A DNA stretch of 64,000 nucleotides from Burkholderiales bacterium. Its GTDB lineage: Bacteria > Pseudomonadota > Gammaproteobacteria > Burkholderiales > JABEVD01. The translations under genes were made by a program, and so were the position numbers. The notes beneath the pieces were generated by a model that saw only the letters and a program-made list of their open reading frames with translations, ran no database searches and was not told the DNA's origin. Below are positions 60,190 through 64,000 of this stretch, piece by piece (within the stretch, counting starts at the first letter, position 1; the number at the start of each line of letters is the position of its first letter). The stretch is taken from positions 47,744 through 111,743 of the forward strand of contig JAIELG010000009.1 in NCBI GenBank assembly GCA_019753155.1. Reading direction: 5' to 3'.

Positions 60190-63138
60190 ATGAGATCCCA
60201 GGACAGAAACAGCGTCAGATTCTCCTTGAAAGTCAAGGCGATCGCTTTCGTCACCATTGTCACCCTGGCCGTAGGCGGGTTCCTGAGCTGGCGCTTCCTG
60301 TCGCAGAGCAAGGAAATCCTGAACGAAGACCTGATGGAACGGGCGCTCTCCATCACGAAGAATCTGGCATACAACAGCAAGTACGCCGTCCTTACAGAAG
60401 ACCCGGAAATCCTCAAATCGGTCGCTGAAGGAGCATTGCAGAACGACAGCGTGGTGTATGTCCGGATCTGCAACGCACAAGGCAGGATACTCATGGAGAT
60501 GCCGAGCCGGCAAAGCATGTCGGCCTCGCTGAACCCTGTATTCAGCCATGCCGACCAACTCGGCAGGTATGAAGGAAAAGCCTTCGGGCAATACCATCTC
60601 ATCAACGGCACCCCTTTCTACCATACATACAGCCCGGTTGTCGGAAAAACGGCGAACACTTCCCGCGAGAAAAAACTCTCGGCCGACATCATGATGATGG
60701 GCGCGGAAGACATCCCCGACAAGCCTGCCGCACCGAAAATCGTAAGGGAAGGCAGCGTGCAGCTCGTTCTGTCTTCGGAGCACATGCTGGCCCAGGTCCA
60801 CCATACCCTGCTGGACGGCGCGATTCTCACTTTGAGCATCATCCTTGCGGCAGTTGTCGTCTCCTTCGTGGTTATCGGTTATGTCATACGCCCGGTGACT
60901 GCCATCGCACAAGCCGCCCGCAGGATAGGAGAAGGCGACCTGACGCAGCGCATCGGCGTCACCTCGAAAGACGAAATAGGGGTGCTTGCCGCGACTTTCA
61001 ATCACATGAGCGAGTCGCTGGAGAACATGACGGCATCCCAGCAGCGGCAGCTTGCCGAACTCTCGGCCCTGCACGACATCGGCCTTGCCATGATTTCTAC
61101 CCAGGATCTCGGGCATCTGATCGGCCTGACCCTGGAAGCGGTGGTTCGCGATCTCGGCTACGACCGCGCCATCTATTTCGAAAAAAACGATAAAACGGGC
61201 ATGCTTTGCAATGGACGGGCCTCAGGCATATCCGCCACAGACGAAAACCGGCTGAGAAATATTTCGATCCCGCTGAACGATGGCGCCACGCCCTGCACGA
61301 ATGTGGCAATAACCGGGAAACCCATGCTGATCGAGGATATGGCGAGCCAGAATTTCGGCCCCTGCAACATCACGGCGCAGATCCCCGGAGCCAAATCCCT
61401 GGTCGTCGTCCCCGTCAAGTTCGAAACCGAAATCCTCGGAATCATGGTGGTCGCCCGCACGAACAGGCGAGCGCCGCTTGCGCTTGCCGACATGCAGATG
61501 ATCACCACCCTGTGCAACCAGCTGGCCATGGCGATGAAGAACATCCTGTCGTACCAGCAGATCGAAGCGCTCAACCAGGGTCTCGAAGCGGAAGTCGAGA
61601 AACGCACGGCCGAACTCGTTCAATCCAGGGACGAGGCGGAAGCCGCATCGCGCGCCAAGTCCGTGTTCCTCGCCAACATGAGCCATGAGTTGCGCACGCC
61701 TCTGAACGCCATCATAGGCTACGGCGAAATGCTCGAGGAAGAAGCCCAGGATCTCGGACAGGAAGGCTTCATCCCGGATCTCAAGAAAATTCAGTCTGCG
61801 GGCAAACACCTGCTCGGGCTGATCAGCGACATTCTCGACCTGTCCAAAATCGAAGCGGGAAAAATGGACCTGTTCCTGGAAACGTTCGCGATCCCGGAAA
61901 TGATCGAAGACGTGAGTACGACGATCAGACCCCTTATCGAAAAAAATGCCAATACCCTGACCTGCCATATCGGCGAAAACGTGGAAACGATGCATGCCGA
62001 CATGATCAAGGTGCGCCAGATTCTGTTCAACCTGCTCTCCAATGCCAGCAAATTCACCGAACACGGCACGATCGATTTGTCGGTCGATGCCTGCAGGGAC
62101 GAGGCGGGAGAACAATGGGTCACATTTTCGGTGAAGGACTCCGGAATCGGCATGTCCCCCGAACAACTGGAAAAACTGTTCCAGGCCTTCACTCAGGCGG
62201 ATGCCTCCACCACGCGCAAATTCGGCGGAACCGGACTCGGACTCACCATCATCAAGCATTTCTGTGAAATGATGAAAGGGCGCATCGAGGTCAGAAGCGA
62301 AATCGGCAAAGGCTCGACATTCACCGCCTGCATTCCGGCCCGCGTCGGCATCGACGAACCTGCCGAGGCCGCCCCGTTCCAACCCAATGCAGGTGGGGAG
62401 AGCATCCTGGTCATAGACGACGATCCGGTCGCAAGGGATCTGCTCGAACGCTATCTGCTCAAGCAGGGCTACACGGTCACTCTGGCTGAAAGCGGCGAGG
62501 AAGGATTGCGTCTTGCGGAAAAGATACAGCCTGACGTGATCACGCTGGACGTGATGATGAAAGGCATGGACGGATGGACCGTTCTTTCCGCAATCAAGAA
62601 CAACCCGAATCTTGCGAACATTCCCGTCATCATGCTCACGATGGTCGACGACAGAAACCTGGGCTATGCCCTGGGCGCATCGGACTACCTGACGAAACCG
62701 ATCAACCGCGCCATGCTTTCGCTCATACTCAAACGGCATCATAAGCATTTCCCGGAAAAATGCAGGATCCTTGTCGTGGAAGACGATGCGTCGACGCGCG
62801 ACATCATCTGCCGCACACTGGAAAAATCCGGTTTTTCCATCATCGAAGCCGAGAACGGCCTCATGGCCCTCAACAAGCTCACCGAAAACCCATCCATAAT
62901 TCTGCTCGATCTCATGATGCCCGAAATGGACGGCTTCGAATTCATCGCTAAATTGCGGGAAATCCCGGACCATCAGATGACCCCCGTGATCGTGGTGACC
63001 GCCAAGGAGCTGACCGAAGAAGACCGGATGCTGCTCAACGGCAAGGTTTCGAACATCCTGCAAAAAGGCGCACATTCCCGCGATGAACTGCTGAGCGAGC
63101 TTGGGGGCCTGATTCGCTCCAGCCTCATTCCGAACTGA
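60190..63138 (+). CDS. Hybrid sensor histidine kinase (periplasmic sensor, HAMP, GAF, HisKA, HATPase, two receivers)
   Basis: The H-box is FLANMSHELRTPLNAIIGY, followed by ...KFTE.G, DSGIGM and GGTGLGL. Two receiver domains follow, with DVITLDVMMKGMDG and ILLDLMMPEMDG. Confidence 0.9.
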   Translation: MRSQDRNSVRFSLKVKAIAFVTIVTLAVGGFLSWRFLSQSKEILNEDLMERALSITKNLAYNSKYAVLTEDPEILKSVAEGALQNDSVVYVRICNAQGRILMEMPSRQSMSASLNPVFSHADQLGRYEGKAFGQYHLINGTPFYHTYSPVVGKTANTSREKKLSADIMMMGAEDIPDKPAAPKIVREGSVQLVLSSEHMLAQVHHTLLDGAILTLSIILAAVVVSFVVIGYVIRPVTAIAQAARRIGEGDLTQRIGVTSKDEIGVLAATFNHMSESLENMTASQQRQLAELSALHDIGLAMISTQDLGHLIGLTLEAVVRDLGYDRAIYFEKNDKTGMLCNGRASGISATDENRLRNISIPLNDGATPCTNVAITGKPMLIEDMASQNFGPCNITAQIPGAKSLVVVPVKFETEILGIMVVARTNRRAPLALADMQMITTLCNQLAMAMKNILSYQQIEALNQGLEAEVEKRTAELVQSRDEAEAASRAKSVFLANMSHELRTPLNAIIGYGEMLEEEAQDLGQEGFIPDLKKIQSAGKHLLGLISDILDLSKIEAGKMDLFLETFAIPEMIEDVSTTIRPLIEKNANTLTCHIGENVETMHADMIKVRQILFNLLSNASKFTEHGTIDLSVDACRDEAGEQWVTFSVKDSGIGMSPEQLEKLFQAFTQADASTTRKFGGTGLGLTIIKHFCEMMKGRIEVRSEIGKGSTFTACIPARVGIDEPAEAAPFQPNAGGESILVIDDDPVARDLLERYLLKQGYTVTLAESGEEGLRLAEKIQPDVITLDVMMKGMDGWTVLSAIKNNPNLANIPVIMLTMVDDRNLGYALGASDYLTKPINRAMLSLILKRHHKHFPEKCRILVVEDDASTRDIICRTLEKSGFSIIEAENGLMALNKLTENPSIILLDLMMPEMDGFEFIAKLREIPDHQMTPVIVVTAKELTEEDRMLLNGKVSNILQKGAHSRDELLSELGGLIRSSLIPN

Positions 63139-63142
63139 TCTC

Positions 63143-64000
63143 ATGGACAAGAGCGAATTCGTGGAAAAAAAACGCCTCGCCAAAATGCGCCATGAGTTGC
63201 GCACCCCGATGAATCACATCATCGGCTACAGCGAAATGCTGATCGAGGATACGGCAGGCTCGGAACACGAGCACCTTGTTCCCGATTTGCAGGAAATCCG
63301 TACAGTCAGCGAACGCCTGCTCGCCATCATCAACGATTTGTGCGACCCCCTCAATGCGGGGAACGGTTTCAGGGAAAAGCTGGGAAACAAATGCGGGGAA
63401 ATGCATGCGTTCGTCTCCGGCATCGCCGGACAGGTCGATGCCCTGATCGAACGGGCAGGCAGCAGCCAGGGAGAGGCATTCATTCCGGATTTGACAAAAA
63501 TCAGGTCTGCCGCCAATCATCTGAGAAACCTGATCGACAATCCCGACAGCCATGTCGAAAACAGTCAGGCAACGATACCCGTCCACACGCATAAAACCGT
63601 GAACCAGGAGTCCCAGTTGGGCTGCCTGCTGCTCGTGGACGACAACGAAACCAACCGGGAAATGCTGTCCCGCAGACTGGAACAGATCGGTTACAAGGTG
63701 GCGGTCGCGGGAAACGGCCTCCAGGCGCTCGACATGCTGCAAGCCTCTCCTTTCGATCTCGTTTTGCTCGATGTCATGATGCCCGAACTGGACGGATATG
63801 AAACCCTCTACAGGATGAAGTCCGACGAAAACCTGAACGGAATTCCGGTGATCATGATTTCAGCGCTGGACGAAATGGACAGCGTCGTCCGCTGCATCGA
63901 AATGGGTGCGGAAGACTATCTTCCGAAACCCTTTAATCCCGTATTGCTCAAGGCGAGGATCAGCGCCAGCCTCGAAAAAAAATTCCACAGGGATCAGGAA
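63143..64000 (+). CDS. Protein with two DHp-like (HisKA-like) helical segments but no ATPase domain, followed by a receiver domain; the 3' end is outside the window
   Basis: Hand-translated, since it has no stop and is absent from the ORF track. It reads MDKSEFVEKKRLAKMRHELRTPMNHIIGYSEML...LVPDLQEIRT...FIPDLTKIRSAANHLRNLI...LLLVDDNETNREML...DLVLLDVMMPELDG...DYLPKPFNPVLLKARISASLEKKFHRDQE. Confidence 0.8.
   Translation, partial: MDKSEFVEKKRLAKMRHELRTPMNHIIGYSEMLIEDTAGSEHEHLVPDLQEIRTVSERLLAIINDLCDPLNAGNGFREKLGNKCGEMHAFVSGIAGQVDALIERAGSSQGEAFIPDLTKIRSAANHLRNLIDNPDSHVENSQATIPVHTHKTVNQESQLGCLLLVDDNETNREMLSRRLEQIGYKVAVAGNGLQALDMLQASPFDLVLLDVMMPELDGYETLYRMKSDENLNGIPVIMISALDEMDSVVRCIEMGAEDYLPKPFNPVLLKARISASLEKKFHRDQE

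Overview
This is a chromosomal window from a nitrogen-fixing proteobacterium. Gene order (exbBD-lpxK-ycaR-kdsB-adk, ffs/dnaX-ybaB-recR, PPi-PFK next to an H+-PPase) suggests a betaproteobacterium, but that is inference and no search was run.

- **1-4000, accessory DNA:** the right-hand end of a tRNA-integrated island. It holds a transposase tail, an integrase remnant, an orphan antitoxin and an intact tyrosine integrase. It is closed by a 3' fragment of tRNA-Met(CAU) with its terminator. A patch of decayed toxin-antitoxin genes follows (ParE-like pseudogene, truncated HicA, intact HicB).
- **4002-8823, minus strand:** nifHDK followed by two tandem Shethna/FeSII-like [2Fe-2S] ferredoxins.
- **8857-12198:** the nifH upstream region has a consensus sigma-54 promoter and one TGT-N10-ACA NifA-type site. 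That site lies about equidistant from a second, divergent sigma-54 promoter. The second promoter heads a tightly packed four-gene operon: an Asp-less receiver, an ArsC-like nitrogenase-associated protein, a SagB-like double nitroreductase and a rhodanese-ankyrin fusion. This operon is my best candidate for an uncharacterised system.
- **12454-53816, mostly housekeeping:** MFS-MarR; an HME-type RND efflux operon with an embedded DUF3240 gene; peroxiredoxin; tal; two alpha-glucan phosphorylases; pgm; ygfZ; rluB; recR-ybaB-dnaX; an SRP RNA that an ORF track cannot show; fumarase; acs; mutL-miaA; xseA; exbBD-lpxK-kdsB-adk; pfp-hppA.
- **52536-64000, signalling and envelope cluster:** a YihY-cNMP fusion, a CheY-like regulator, a STAND NTPase with a C-terminal winged helix, a PEP-CTERM/DUF642 protein, an outer-membrane barrel, a periplasmic binding protein, a hybrid kinase and a DHp-only/receiver protein.

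I saw no CRISPR array and no rRNA. The many long ORFs antisense to recognised genes are treated as shadows. All family assignments come from reading motifs by eye. No database search or computation was run.
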